Shown: positions 1 through 13,307 of the stretch, in pieces | How the letters are laid out: every line of letters begins with the position of its first letter | Position numbering within the stretch: position 1 is the first letter of the stretch | Source: Nemertoderma westbladi | Lineage: Eukaryota > Animalia > Xenacoelomorpha | Direction: 5' to 3' | Assembly (NCBI GenBank): GCA_032718475.1 | Contig: JAUCBJ010007760.1 | Coordinates: 43,504 to 107,503, forward strand | Length of the DNA: 64,000 bases | Notes under the pieces: model-generated | The model's database searches: none | What the model saw: the letters and a program-made list of their open reading frames with translations, nothing else | Told to the model about the DNA's origin: nothing | Made by a program: the position numbers and the translations under genes

Positions 1-341
1 GTGTGGTGTTTTAGAATGGAGTTTGTGTATGTCTTGTTGCGCATATATCCTTTGCAGTTAAACGTTATTATCGATAGGGGAAGTGGGTTGTGTAGGGGCT
101 TGTCGGAATTATATATTGTTGTACATATCTTTGCAGCTTTGTTTTCGTTTTGGTTATGTATGTCATTTGTGATTTTGTGAAATGTTGATGTGTTTGGGGA
201 TTTAGAATTAATAAGTAAAGATGTAGTGAGATTTTGTGATTTGGTGATTTGGTCAGATTGTAGAGGTTGTTTAAAAACGATTTTTGCGCTGGTTGTTGTA
301 TTGTCTGCTGTAATAGTAGGCTTCACCCCTTCGTTCTTTAG
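1..341 (-). CDS. LINE ORF2 N-terminus (AP endonuclease start), partial
   Basis: Hand translation: the frame is open from 341 to the window edge and reads ...NPLPLSIITFNCKGYMRNKTYTNSILKHH, matching APE motif I. Confidence 0.7.
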
Positions 342-3300
342 TCAGGTGCTTTTCTATTTCCTGTTGGTAATCTTTGTGTTCTTGCCTGTGGTAATGGTTG
401 TACTCATTTCTCGGATGCCATCTGTTATAGTCAGTGCCCGAGAAATGATTATACCTATGTTGGTGATGGTGGTATTGTTGTGGCTTATATTGTCGGTGAT
501 GTTTGATTGGTTCGTACTGTTGTCTGAAATTATAGTTTACATTGTTTCTTATAGTCCTATAGTTATCATCTTCGTAGAATCGTTTTCCCCTCAACCTTTC
601 CGCGTTGCTTATACTGTCTCTGCATGGGAAGTGGTTAATTTTCGTAGCTGTTTTCCTTTCTGTTGTGTTGAAGGGTTTGTCCCACGTTTTGTATTTTAAA
701 TCATTTTCTTTATGGGAGTTGCGTTTCCTTTCTTGTTGTGGGTGTTCTTGTCGATATGATTGGTTCATTGTAACCTCTTGATGTCTAGATACTCCTTGCA
801 TTTTGGAGTTTTGTGTATTCTCTCGTGGTTTATCATTGCCATTTGGCTTATTTTCTTGATCACGGTAGCTATATCCTTTGGGACTGGGCATATCTAATTT
901 TACATATTCAGTAACAAATGGGTTTTATCCAGGCCACATTTTCGGGTTCATGAAAGTGTTGAAATCCTTCTTCTCCACAGTGATTCTTGCGTCTTTATAT
1001 TCATGCTGTTGTCCTTGGACTCCTATGTGAACTGGGTAGGTCCCAGTTTGCTTGAAGCAAAGACAAGATAGATTGATTGCATCACATGTGATTGGGAGTC
1101 CTCTTACTAATATTGTTTTTAGTTTGGTTGCATTTGAGTTTCTGTTATGATTTTTATCATTCGTTGCATCCCTGTTTTCTTTGTGTATTGTCATTCTTTG
1201 TTCCTTGCCTGATGAATTATTTTCTCCTTCAATATTATGTTTAAGGATTTCCAGAATGGTCTTCTGGTTTTCCATCAGGTTTGCTATTTTTTCATCTTGA
1301 TCCAGTTCCTGGAAGTGGTTACTGGTTTCAATTTTTCCCTGTTCAGTACTCATCTTTGTGTTGCATGCCTTTATGTTATGTTTTGTACAAGTTGTCCAGG
1401 TATTTTTGTCGTTTAGCACTTCGTTGATAGTTGCTGGTTGGATTATACTAGGCATTGCTAATTCGTCAGATTCCACTCTCCATTCATCTATTGTTTCATA
1501 TTGTGAGACTTGTGATTCAACATTTGAGATTCCTGTTGAGTCTGTGTCATTTTCTTCATGAAGAAGGCAGCCCTTATTGTTGTGGGGCTTAGGTTTTGTT
1601 TTCCTTTTAATGTTTCTTCTGGTTGTCTTTGAAGCAGTATTGATAGGCTTTTTCCGAGGTGCGCTCATTTTCATCGTGTCATTAGTTAGGTTATGATTGT
1701 CAGAGATATTGGATGTACTCACAAGATCCTCTATTGTTTCTAGTTTTTGTTGCGTCGCTGCTAATTGACAACTAATTGATTTTATTTCAATATGTAGATT
1801 TGCTACTAGATCTACCAATTGGAAGATGCTAAACGAATCAATGGTTCCAACATGTACACGTTTTTTGAAGGTATGTGATACAGATCCACTTTCCAGGGTT
1901 AAGGCAAACTCTGCTACGTCTGCTGCTAATTCATCAATTGATCTTCTATTTATGACGTTTATGCTTAGGTTGGGCATGTTGTGGAGTTTTGTTGTTAGTA
2001 TTTCGTCAAAGAGTGTTTTCTGAATGTAACTCAGTAAGTCATTTCCTAGCGGTATTAGGGATCTTATGAAATGATCTTTGGGGTTTCTTATCATATTGGA
2101 GGATTTAAGTGTGTCTATGATTGTTTGTGCCGACATAGATGTATTCAGAAGTTTTCCATTTAGTAATTTCCAATTTTTGGTTTGTGTGTAATAATTGGGT
2201 GTGTTCTGATTTACTGGTATGGCTTCATTCTCATTAGAGTTGTATCCATCAGGAACAGTTATTGGTGGACCATTTGGTTTAATTATTGTAGGCAGTCTTG
2301 GTTGTTGGATACTTCCATGAAGGTGATTAGTCTTCACATCTTGGACATTTGTTTCTTTCCTGTATTTCCACGTGCCATCATCCATTAAGTCTTCAATAGT
2401 TGGTTTTAGTGTATACGGAAGTGTTGGAAGAGTGGGTGCAGTTTCATATGGATTTTTGTATTTCACATTTTCCAGGATATCACGCACCCATTGTCGCGAG
2501 GTTGCGGAGTCAATCATGGCGTGGTGTATAAAGGATTCTTCATGTGCTAGGGCGGCTGCATATAGGCAAACGTATACTCCACAATCGTGTCCATTTTGCT
2601 GCTTCTGTAGATGGGATGATGTATGTTTCGAGTCGATTGATTTCCAAGGCTTATTTGTTGAATATGTTGAGGAAATTAGATTGTATTGCTCGTCCATTTT
2701 ATTAAACACTGCACATATCCTGTTTGTGACGTCATTGGGCTTAGTGATCCCAAGTGGACATAGTTTATATATTGTTCTATTTCTAACATTAACCACGTGA
2801 AGCATATGGTGCGAATTAGAACATTCTGGAATTATAATATAGTTAGTTGAGGCCGCTCCACTGTTTGTCATTGTTGTTAGAAAGTAGGCCCTCGCAATAT
2901 ACTTGGCTGCCTCAACTTTGTTGTAGTGTTTAAAATTCAATTTCTGTGACAATTCATCGGTAATCCAGGCAACGTTTGGCATACTTCTTTCTAGCATCCA
3001 ACAAAATGCATTTACAGCACCATTGGTGAGCAGATTGTCATTTTCTAAAGATTGTTTGTCAGCTAAAGCCGGTTGTGAAATCCCATAGTAAAAGTCTGCA
3101 GTATCTGCTACGTGAATTTTTCTAGCGATTTCAAGTATTTGCTTGTTAATGTCTGAGTTTGAGAGCTTCTTGTTCTTTGAACTGGTTGGATTGTGGTTCT
3201 CTAGTATCGTCACTGAGTTATTATTTAGGTCTTCTGACCAAAGATCGTGATCTTGTAGTGGTACTTGTGGTAGTAGCTGGTTTGACTGAGTTTGTGGTAT

Positions 3301-3629
3301 ATAGGGTTTTGCATTTACATTTACTGTTTGTGGTTCAACCACTGTTGTATTTAATTCGGTTGTTAACTGTTTTGGAGTTAATTTCGGGTTCACAGTAGAG
3401 ATAGAATCATGTATAATAGTATGTTTAATAAGCGGTATGTCTATTGTTTCCAGCTGTGTACAGGCAGAATGTTCTTTTTTGCAATCTGTTACCGGTACTT
3501 GAACTTTAAAGTAATCAGTAATTTTCTGATGTTTTGAATTCCTTAGCTGCTCTTGTAATCCTACAGGACTTAAAACAACATCGGATGAGTTACTGTTGTA
3601 CATATTGCATTGAGTCTCTAAGCCAGGAG

Positions 3630-4167
3630 AGACCGAACGCGTTGGAGGCGGGGGCTCCACATCTGAACTCGTTGGAGACGGGGGATCCACTTCTGAACGT
3701 ATTGGAGACGGGGGATTCACTACTGAACACGTTGGAGGAGGGGGATCCATTTCTGAACGCGTTGGGGACGGGGGATTCACATCAGAACGCGTTGGTGATG
3801 GGGGATCCACTTCTGAACGCGTTGGAGACGGGGGATCGCCTTCTGATCGCGTTGGAGACACGGGATCCACTTCTGAACGCGTTGGAGACAGGGGATCAAT
3901 TTCTGAGCGCGTTGGAGACGGGGGATTCACATCAGAACGCGTTGGTGATGGGGGATCAACATCTGAACGCGTTGGAGACGGGGGATCCCCTTCAGATCGC
4001 GTTGGAGACGGGAGATCCACTTCTGAACGCGTTGAAGACGGGGGATCCAATTCTGAGTGTGTTGGAGACGGGGAATCTACATCTGAACGCACTTGAGACG
4101 GGGGATCCTCTTCTGAACGTATTGGGGACGGGGAATCCACTACTGAACTCGTTGGCGACGGGGGATC
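3630..4167. repeat. 30-bp coding minisatellite, older and more diverged half
   Basis: Unit ~TCTGAACGCGTTGGAGACGGGGGATCCACT, about 18 copies. Confidence 0.95.
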
Positions 4168-5381
4168 TGTAAAAGCTTTTGTGGGATAACTGATTCGTTT
4201 GCCTTGTTGGCCAGTTCCCCCCCAGTCGCTAAGAATACTCTCAAAGTGATCTACAGCTAAAAATAGTGCAAGTTACCAGCTTATTGGCTGATTTGCTGTA
4301 CGCAGGCATCTGGGCTCTGTTTAATCGGCCAACAAGCCTAGGGAGGTTGCGTCATAGCCTTGTTTTTGTATCTCCCAATAGAATTTGAGTTAGCCTTGAT
4401 TTTGACCTATCACAGGCTACTGAACTGAAAATTTCCTATCTCACTGCTCTTTCTCTGTGTTGAACGGGAGCTTCGTGGAATAAGGGAGTTGGTATCCTCG
4501 TATAGAGCAGTAGTCACGAGTTTTTCAAAGCCACGAAAGAACGGCTTTTTAGTGTTTTGTGCTTTCTGCTTTTTAGCTCAACACTAGTACGTTTAATTAT
4601 AAGGACATATATCCTTTAACTCATGGAATCACTGCAATTACGCATTCAAACAACAAACTGACTTTAACTCTGTAAATATCAAAACAAACTGGCACGATTG
4701 ATCTGTGAATACTGCATACTGCTATTTGTTGTCGGTTATTCATTATATTTGTTGATGAATTATTATATTGGAATAACGAGAAATAACCCCGACACCCAAT
4801 ATTCTTGATATACCGAAGGTAAGAGAGAAAGGTTACCAATAACGATTGTGACTTATGTTAAAGTGGTTTGAAGTGAATCTAATGTTATTTGATAGACCCT
4901 ACATGAGTCAGTCTGTGTTCTTTTTATATGTGATTAAAATCAGTGAAGATTGGCAGATTAGTGTGCAGTATTGTGCAGCATTGCGTATGAGTGAGTCTGT
5001 TAAAGAAGCAATTCCTAAAGAATGCGCCATATATGTGAATTATAATTAAGCCATATCGTTGTGAGTAGTTTAAGTCATAACTCTGTTTATATAGATAAAG
5101 CGCCACGTCCTAAAGGAACTGTTAATATTCCCGAAGGTGAATAATATTGTCAGAGATTATATAATACTGTCAGTCGAATAATACATTAGGCTTACATAGC
5201 AATAAAATTAAACCGTCGAACCCAATCTCCCGGGAATATCCAGCGGGTGAATGGTCGCGCACGGATTGGTTTCGACTAGTGTAGTGAATCAAATACTTGT
5301 CATAGGCTAAAAAGCGATTTAATATCTAGAATACATCTTAATTTGGCGGGTTAAACTGCCAAAGGTCTGAAAGCGCGAACA
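4168..5381 (+). mobile_element. Solo LTR S1 (1214 bp) of the BEL/Pao family
   Basis: TGT...ACA termini, TSD GGATC (4163-4167 and 5382-5386), reverse-complement homology to the LTRs at 23859 and 39904. Confidence 0.95.
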
Positions 5382-5862
5382 GGATCCATTTCTGAACGCG
5401 TTGGAGACGGGGGATCCACATCTGAACGCGTTGGAGACGGAGGATCCACATCAGAACGCGCTGGAGACGTGCGATCCACTTCTGAACGCGTTGGAGACGG
5501 GGGATCCACTTCTGAACGCGTTGGAGACGGAGGATCCACTTCTGAACGCGTTGGAGGCGGGGGATCCACTTCTGAACGCGTTGGAGACGGGGGATCCACT
5601 TCTGAACGCGTTGGAGACGGAGGATCCACTTCTGAACGCGTTGGAGACGGGGGATCCACTTCTGAACACGTTGGAGACGGGGGATCCACTTCTGAACGCG
5701 TTGGAGACGGGGGATCCACTTCTGAACGCGTTGGAGACGGAGGATCCACTTCTGAACGCGTTGGAGACGCGCGATCCACTTCTGAACGCATTGGAGACCG
5801 GGGATCCCCTTCTGAACGCGTTGGAGACGGGGGATCCACTTCTGAACGCGTTGGAGACAGGA
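5382..5862. repeat. 30-bp coding minisatellite, more homogeneous half
   Basis: Same unit, about 16 copies. Confidence 0.95.
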
Positions 5863-6375
5863 GACTTTTGCCGTTGGTCGGGATTTTTATGGGTTTAAAC
5901 GAGTTATTGCACTTTCCTAGTTTCGCTGGGATACAGCCTTGGCATCCAACGCCACGCTTCGCGCACACACAGGATTTACATATCCCGGCGCGATTACATC
6001 TGCAGCATTGTATCGTCCGAGCGTTTTTTGGCTCCGAGTTGGTTTTATGTTTATCCCCGGTATCCGCAATGCTAAACTTCATCGTCGGAGCGACTATCGA
6101 GTCGATTTTCTTCGTTGCCTTCCGGCCCACAGTGGTATGCCGTTTATTAATATTGACGACCATTAGCGAATTGTAGTTTCGCTGCCTTTAACCTTAATCG
6201 ATTGTGAAAAAGAGAAACGCTGATGTCTCCGTTATTGATCGACTTTAGAGGTGTAATTTCCGATTGTTGAGATAGCGGCGCCGAGCAGTCTGGCAGTCAG
6301 TAAGCAGTGTACTGTAAGCAGTAGGCAATAGCAGTAAGCAGTACTATTACGGTGCACTAATGTGTAAAGTGACAC

Positions 6376-6815
6376 ATTGCGTAACTCCGAATTAAACTCC
6401 ACACAGCACACTCCACACCCAACCCATTGCGTAACTCCGAATTAAACTCCACACAGCACACTCCACACCCAACCCATTGCGTAACTCCGAATTAAACTCC
6501 ACACAGCACACTCCACACTCCACACTCCACACTCCACACTCCACACTCCACACTCCACACTCCACACTCCACACTCCACACTCCACACTCCACACTCCAC
6601 ACTCCACACTCCACACTCCACACTCCACACTCCACACTCCACACTCCACACTCCACACTCCACACTCCACACTCCACACTCCACACTCCACACTCCACAC
6701 TCCACACTCCACACTCCACACTCCACACTCCACACTCCACACTCCACACTCCACACTCCACACTCCACACTCCACACTCCACACTCCACACTCCACACTC
6801 CACACTCCACACTCC
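6376..6815. repeat. 50-bp tandem repeat (~2.7 copies) running into a (CACACTC)n 7-bp microsatellite
   Basis: CATTGCGTAACTCCGAATTAAACTCCACACAGCACACTCCACAC is repeated, then a perfect 7-mer array follows at ~6508-6815. Confidence 0.95.
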
Positions 6816-7276
6816 ATATACCTGCCATTGCTTTCCTTACGCCACATGTATATAGATAAGAAATAATTGAAAGGAATTTTACATTAACTGGTAAATATAA
6901 TTATTCGTAAGGAAGAAATCATATGATATTAAATAAATGATTTTTAAGACGGGATTGGAACAGCGATTTCGATTTTTTGCACCGGAGTTCATCAGGTAGA
7001 AAGTTCCAGACACGAGGACCTCGAAATGCTTTACAGTTAACCCTATTTGGTCCGTAGGAGGGGTCATTTTAATAATGGAAAACAGAGATTTCGTGACTTT
7101 TCCTAAAATTTAATGGGATCTCCTACAGAGATAACGCCATTTATACGGCTATGTTAGTTTTCGTGCTGTAGTCCCTTTCTGGCATCTCCAGTATTTTGCG
7201 ATAAACAAGTGTTGCAAATATGATAATGATTAATCACCACACAATCTAATTGATTTTATTACCATTTTATATGGGT

Positions 7277-7353
7277 TATTGGGACACTGATCCCTATTAT
7301 TGGGACGCTGATCCCTATTATAGGGACGCTGATCCCTATTATTGGGACACTGA
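7277..7353. repeat. 21-bp tandem repeat (~3.5 copies)
   Basis: TATTGGGACRCTGATCCCTAT repeated. Confidence 0.9.
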
Positions 7354-8250
7354 TTACGAATATGACACTGAAAAATATCGTATTATCCAACCAAATTATA
7401 TTTTTGCCGTTTGAAATTTTATGCTACTTGTTTTTTTTATCCTACCAGACCAGACCAGCACCAATGAATGTTTCTTCACGAGATGTAGCGTGGTCAGCGG
7501 CATTGAAATCCAGTATATCTTCAGACCAAACCAAATGCAAAATTTATCAGTTTGAAATTTTTGCTACATGTTCTTTTCGTCTTTGGCACCTAAATGGCAC
7601 CTAAAATGATGTTGGGTGCTTTACTATAAATATTTTTAGGTAGATTCGGAAACCCTTATACTATAATACCTCTAATATTCCTTTTTTTTTTTAGCAAAGA
7701 GAACAAAAAAAATTGTAAAATGGGTTGCTGTAGGTGTTTAATGTTTTCGGTCTGTAAAAAATTGAATAAAATATTCAACAATTTAATTCGAATGTATTCA
7801 TGCAAATGATATGCTATCTCTTTGAACAAATTTACATAAATTCGTAAAATTATTTTGATACAAAATAATCTGACGATTTCTACTTTTTCAGATTGCGAAC
7901 CGGGGAATAATGAAACACTAAACGAGGAATGTTTCATTGTTTCATATATGAAAAAGAATTACATAGATGCAATGGGAAGGTGTGATCACGGAAAACGTAA
8001 ACCCATCGACATATCAGATGCCGAGAATATATATTCTATGAATATTAATGGGTCAAATATTACAACGTTAAACATTAGTAAAATTTGGGTTTTTAACAAA
8101 GAAATTTCAGATGTAAGTATAAATATGTGTCGTGTGATACTGAAATAATGTTACTATTATAAAATTTTTAGATTTTTGAAACTTTTTTTAAAACTCTGTA
8201 TATTTTATTGTTTATTTTAACCCCGTTTGTTCCCAAGAATATTTAGAGCG

Positions 8251-8306
8251 AGTTACCACCGTTACCACGGTTACCACCGTTACCACGGTTACCACCGTTA
8301 TCACCG
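8251..8306. repeat. 9-bp tandem repeat GTTACCAC(C/G)
   Basis: Seen directly. Confidence 0.85.
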
Positions 8307-8359
8307 TATTAGTAAGGAATGGGACCTCGGTGAATATCACGTAATCGCGTAATTTTGTC

Positions 8360-8502
8360 ACTTTTCTTAAAAATCTATGGTCTTCCTAATAGTAAAAACG
8401 GTTTTTAAAAATATTGGGTACTTTTCGAGTTATAGCACCATTTTGTAAACCCTACTTTGGCACTCTTTTTAGATGTTTTTTCAAAATTACATTTCATAAA
8501 AT
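8360..8502 (-). mobile_element. Fragment related to the subterminal region of the MITE at 11798-13303
   Basis: Reverse-complement similarity to ~13065-13205 (AAAATCTAT..CTTCCTAATAGT.AAAAC.GTTTT.AAAAATATTGGGTA). Confidence 0.65.
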
Positions 8503-8756
8503 GAAATAAGGACTTTCATTAAACCACCATGGGTTGAGGTTTCTATTGTACTATTACTGTGAATGTAGCGACGCCGACGCCCGTCTAATGCGTAACTAAC
8601 TGTGCTATTCGACGATATAGTATAATTATTGTATATATTGTTTGTTTATTGTGTTATTGTATATAATGATTGGTTTTTCCTTGTTTCTAATTTTCTTATT
8701 TTTTTTTAACTATTTATTATCTACTATTATACTATTAATTATTAGCTATTTATTGA

Positions 8757-9015
8757 TTTGCTTTCGCCGAGAGGACCAGCCAGTGCATGATCTTGTACTT
8801 TGGCAGCCTCATGGAGTGAATAAGCATGGTGGACAGCCCATGACTTTCTTGAGACGCATCTTAAAGGACACTGGCCTTGAAGATGCGGTTGAGCTAGCAA
8901 ATGTCATGGGTGATAGGAAGTTGTGGCGGTGCAAATTTGTCGATATACCGGCACAGCATGCTTAAAAATGCAGCTGCAATGCAGCATGCCGATCCTAGTA
9001 GTAGTAGTAGTAGTA
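8757..9015 (+). mobile_element. RTE family B, 3' fragment with (TAG)n tail
   Basis: Encodes CFRREDQPVHDLVLWQPHGVNKHGG and is nearly identical to the ends at 18220 and 19513. Confidence 0.9.
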
Positions 9016-9025
9016 TTTTTTTTAA

Positions 9026-11514
9026 ATGGCTAATTTGAATATTATATCTTATAATTGTAATTCGGTTAGGACGCTAGATTCAATGAACACCATTAGGCAG
9101 TTGTGCAATCAATCGAAGGATATAATTATTTTACAGGAGCACATGCTCCCAGTCCAGGATCTCAGTTTTTTGGGGAGCATTGATAACCGCTACTTAGCCG
9201 TAGGTATTTCGCCTGTGGATTATAGCGCTGGACTACTGAGAGGGCGACCTTTTGTTGGTCTCGCGATACTGTATAAGCGCAGTAATGCAGCTGCCATAGA
9301 GTGTGTGAAGTATGATGATAATATAATTTTGGGGGTGAAAATTAAATTACACAATGATCAGAACATTTTGCTTCTCAATATATACTTACCCTATCAGTGT
9401 AAAGATAATGAGGCTGAATTTCTAGATTATCTTGGCCGTATTAGTGCAATCACTGACTGTGCTAATACACTATATTGTTTAGTTTTTGGGGATTTTAACG
9501 CGGATATTAACACTGGATTTTTTACATACGTATCTGATTGGTGCAGTGATAGTAACTTGCGTTTATGTGATGTAATGAATATGCCAGTAGGTACTGATAC
9601 TTACGTTAGTGCCGCCCATCGTATGTACCGGTTCCTTATTACCGTGTATCAATAATTTTTATGTTCATCATGAATTATCTGTAGATGATCATTCCCATGC
9701 AATATAACTGTTCCGGCTACTCTTTTCCAGACAACCGGTACCACGTCGCATGTTGCGAGTAGCCCGAATGTTCGTGTTTTTGATTGGAGTAAAGCAACAC
9801 CGCTTCAATGTCAACAATATGAGTTGACATTATCTAAATTGTTGTCAGAGATTGTGGGGCCATTAGCGGCCTTACAATGTCACAATAGCAAGTGTACATA
9901 CATACATACATACATACAAGGTACATAAATGTTTAGTAGATAATTATCATAACAATATCACCAAAGCTATGCTAGATGCTGCAGCGCAATGCATTCCAAT
10001 TAGACGCGGTGGTGTTGGTATAGATAATAGTAAGAACATTCCCGGTTGGAATGAGTATTTGAAAGATAGATATAATTATTCAAAGCTAATGTTTCGTGTG
10101 TGGCGCTCGAATGGGTGTCCCAGGCAAGGTAATATATTTGATGAGTATATGCAAACCAAACTTGAATTTAAAAGGAGTATGCGGAACGCTAGGCGAAATG
10201 TAGCTAAGATAAAAAGTGACAAGCTGGCTGAGTCGGTTTACTCAACCAATCAGAAAGAGTTTTGGTCGAATGTCCGAAAGCTCAGCGGTTCCAGTACTCC
10301 TTTATCAAATAAAGTGGGTGACGCCGTAGGTAAACGTGTGAAACCTTTTGGCAACCTTTTTAAGAATAAATTTAAAAATTTATATAACTCAAAGCAGACA
10401 GATGTTCACAAAGAGTTTGTAGAAGGTGCTTTTTCAGATATTTAATTTAGTGTAGAAATGATTGTGAAACCTATAAAAATTGTTTTAAGAAAGGCTCAGG
10501 GACTGATTTGTGTATTTTTACACTTAAAGAAATGGTACAGTATTACCTGGATAATGATAGTGCTGTGTATGTTTGTTTTATTGACAGTTCGAAATCCTAC
10601 GATTTAGTTAATCACTACACGTTATTTCGGAAACTGATAAATAGTTTAGTTGTTATTTTATATTAGGGTATTATGTATGTGGCATAGATCACAGGTTCTT
10701 TTTGTAAATTGGGGGGGAGTGCATATCAGAGAATTTTCAGGTTTCAAATGGTACGAAACAGGGTGGGATATTATCGCCGTACCTGTATAGTGTTTATATA
10801 GACGACCTAAGTAAGGAACTTTCTAATTCGGGGATAGGGTGTCAAATGTCAGGGGTCCGTATTAATAATCTATTGTACGCGGATGACTTAGCAATATGTT
10901 CGAATTCGATTAATGGGTTACAAAAGTTACTTCCTATTTTTGAATCGTACGCATTAGAACATTGTATAAAAGTAAATTGTAAGAAAACCAAGTGCTTATT
11001 TTATTTTCCAAAATGTGCAAAGAATACAGATGTCGGTCAGGTGACAATTAATGGTCTTAATATTGAAGTAGTGTCAGAGGTAAAGTACTTAGGGCACATC
11101 CTGTGTAGCTCTACCGATCATGATTTTGATATTTACAATCAACTTCGTAGTTTTTATAGGCGTGCGAATATTATAATTAGGAGATTCGGGGGGTGCTCGG
11201 TTACGGTAAAAATTAAATTATTTAGTAGTTTTTGTGCCCAGATATACTGTAATTATCTGTGGGCCAGGTCAAATTATTCTAGTATGGTGCATAATAAGTT
11301 TAGGGTAGCGTATAATAATACAGCAAGGAGGTTATTCAAATTTCCATGGGGGTGCAGTGCTTCGTATATGTTTGGTAGCCTGGGGTTACCAAAGTTTATT
11401 CATATTAGATCGGGGGCTATAACGTCTTTTTTAGGCCGTGCCTATAGTTGCCCGAATAGCCTCGTACAGGCAACTATTATGACCACTTGCTGCCATAGTA
11501 GAATCATGGGCTGA
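9026..11514 (+). pseudogene. Degenerate LINE ORF2 (APE + RT), clade unresolved (RTEX/L2-like)
   Basis: Motifs IISYNCNS, LQEH, GDFNA, GTKQGGILSPYLY, LLYADDL and KYLG, with several frameshifts and deletions. Confidence 0.9.
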
Positions 11515-11797
11515 ATTTGGGCTGAATAATGGTCTTATTAATTTATTACGTGTACATACAAAGGTGTTTCCTTACTACATTACTTTACTCTACTTTTTGT
11601 TTGTGCTAGAACTATAATTAGTAGTAGTTAATTAGTAATTAATTAGGATAAGATAAATACAATTAATAAAGAGTTTAAAGGAGTGAAGAAGCAATGTGAA
11701 TGAGGCTCTATTCCAAATTTTATACTAGTAATTTCAATAGTAAAGTCTCCCTAGTAAATGGTAATTGTTTTAACTAGAAAACTAAAAGGGCTATTAA

Positions 11798-13303
11798 CCT
11801 GTATAGTACCAGGCTATAAAATGTTGTACAAATACCGGGGGGTGGGGGGTCATCTTGACCCCCCCCCCCCTCTAAAATCTGCAAATTTCAACGAAAACGT
11901 CTGATTTTTGTTTGTACGTAGGTATCACTAGTCCGTATCCGACCGAAAAAAAAATTCGAAAAAAATCCTGGGTTGGTTATTTTGCTGCACAAAAATTACA
12001 AGTTGTGCACCATTTCCACAAAATTTTAAAGTTACATTTTTCGGCTAATTGTTTTTCAATAAAGGTTTTCTGGGGCGCAAAATACATTGGAAAATATTTT
12101 AACATGATATGATTACTATAAATGGCTGTTTAGTTCTGTCTGCGTAGGAAAAAAATGAAAAAAACCAATAACCATAACTTTTCAGTTAGAACACAAAATA
12201 TTTAATTCATGCCATGCTATAAATTCTCATTTTCAGGTTTTCTAGGGCGCTGATTCTATTGGAATACATTCTAAGATGCCAGATTATTTTTCGGCGTAAT
12301 TTGGGAAATTTTGGTGCTAGCACCAAATTTCGTAACCATCACCAAAAAGTACAAGTTTGGGATGTCCAGTGCTGTTTTTATTGATTCCGTCGGAATCAGG
12401 ACCCTCATAAACCCGTATAACGCAAGAAACAAGATGATACTATTTATTAATGAATTTTCTTATTTTCAAAAATATGGTGCTGGTACAACAATTTTCACCA
12501 ACCGGCGAAAAATACAAGTTTGAAAACTCTTATGAAATTTTTACTGATCCAAATGAATTCAGAACACTCACAAACCCGTATAACGCAAGAAACAAGGTGA
12601 CACAATTAATGGATATATTTGATGGTTTTCAAAATTTGGTGCTAGCACCACATTTTCCACCCACTTCCGAAAAGTACAAGTTTGAGATGTCTAGTTCGAT
12701 AATTATACATTCCATGAATGCAAAACAGCCATAAACCTCTAAAATGCAAGATATAAATTGTCACAAGCAATTGAATAGATTTTCAAAATTTCGTGCTAGC
12801 ACCAAAATTTGCACACATCACCGAAAAAAAAGTTTGATACGCTTGGTGCAACTCGTAGATATTCCATCGAAACCAGAACCCGAAAAAACCCCTATTGCGT
12901 AAAAAACAAGTTCAAAAATTAATTTACAAAATTTGCATATTTCAAAATTTTGTGCTGGCACCAAAATTTGGCACCCGCCGCAAAATTTTTTTATATGAAT
13001 TCCATATAATTGCTAACACCAAAAACCCGGTGTAAATAAAAAATAGAGATGCTAACAATCATATTTCATGAAGTGTAATTTTCAAAAAACGTCTCTAAAA
13101 AGTGACAAAATTAGGGTTAAGAAATGGTGATATAACTTGAAAACTACCCAATATTTTTGAAAACAGTTTTCACTATTAGGAAGGCAATAGATTTTTAGGA
13201 AAAGTCATTCCATTTAAGATTTCCAAATGCGTTTGTTTCAGAATTATAACAAAAAACCACGTGGGGTCGTTTTGACCCCCCCCCCCCCCCCGAGTTTATA
13301 GGG
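11798..13303. mobile_element. piggyBac-like non-autonomous DNA element with internal ~130-bp tandem repeats
   Basis: TTAA-CC...GGG-TTAA ends (imperfect TIR), subterminal GGGGTC-N5-GACCCC palindromes at both ends, repeats at ~12240-12980. Confidence 0.6.
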
Positions 13304-13307
13304 TTAA

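Larger units (their letters stand above)
271..6163 (-). pseudogene. LINE ORF1 (~1557 aa reconstructed): Cys-rich CXC-like domain, 10-aa PSPTRSEVDP repeats, Ulp1/C48-like protease, coiled coil, RRM-like C-terminal domain
   Basis: Removing the LTR (4168-5381) and one GGATC joins ORFs 5351..6163 and 925..4140 in frame. ORF 271..891 is in the same frame after a single TAA at 925-927. Motifs: CCRCNRAGICKSCVC..C..C, SHHMLHVV..QQNGHDCGVY, ILVRGLP..MWPG. Confidence 0.75.
1..6300 (-). mobile_element. 5' part of an APE-type non-LTR retrotransposon (5' UTR, large ORF1, start of ORF2), interrupted by a solo LTR; continues beyond the left edge
   Basis: ORF1 (6163->271) is followed by an overlapping frame with the APE N-terminal motif LSIITFNCKG. 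The 5' boundary (~6300) is approximate. Confidence 0.75.

Noticed and set aside
3534-6176. + strand repeat ORFs (LNALETGDP, GDGGSTSERV) and the hydrophobic ORF 190..699
   Set aside because: They are antisense shadows of LINE ORF1 and its minisatellite.
6392-6866. VECGVWS / HSTLHTP ORFs
   Set aside because: They are translations of the 7-bp microsatellite.
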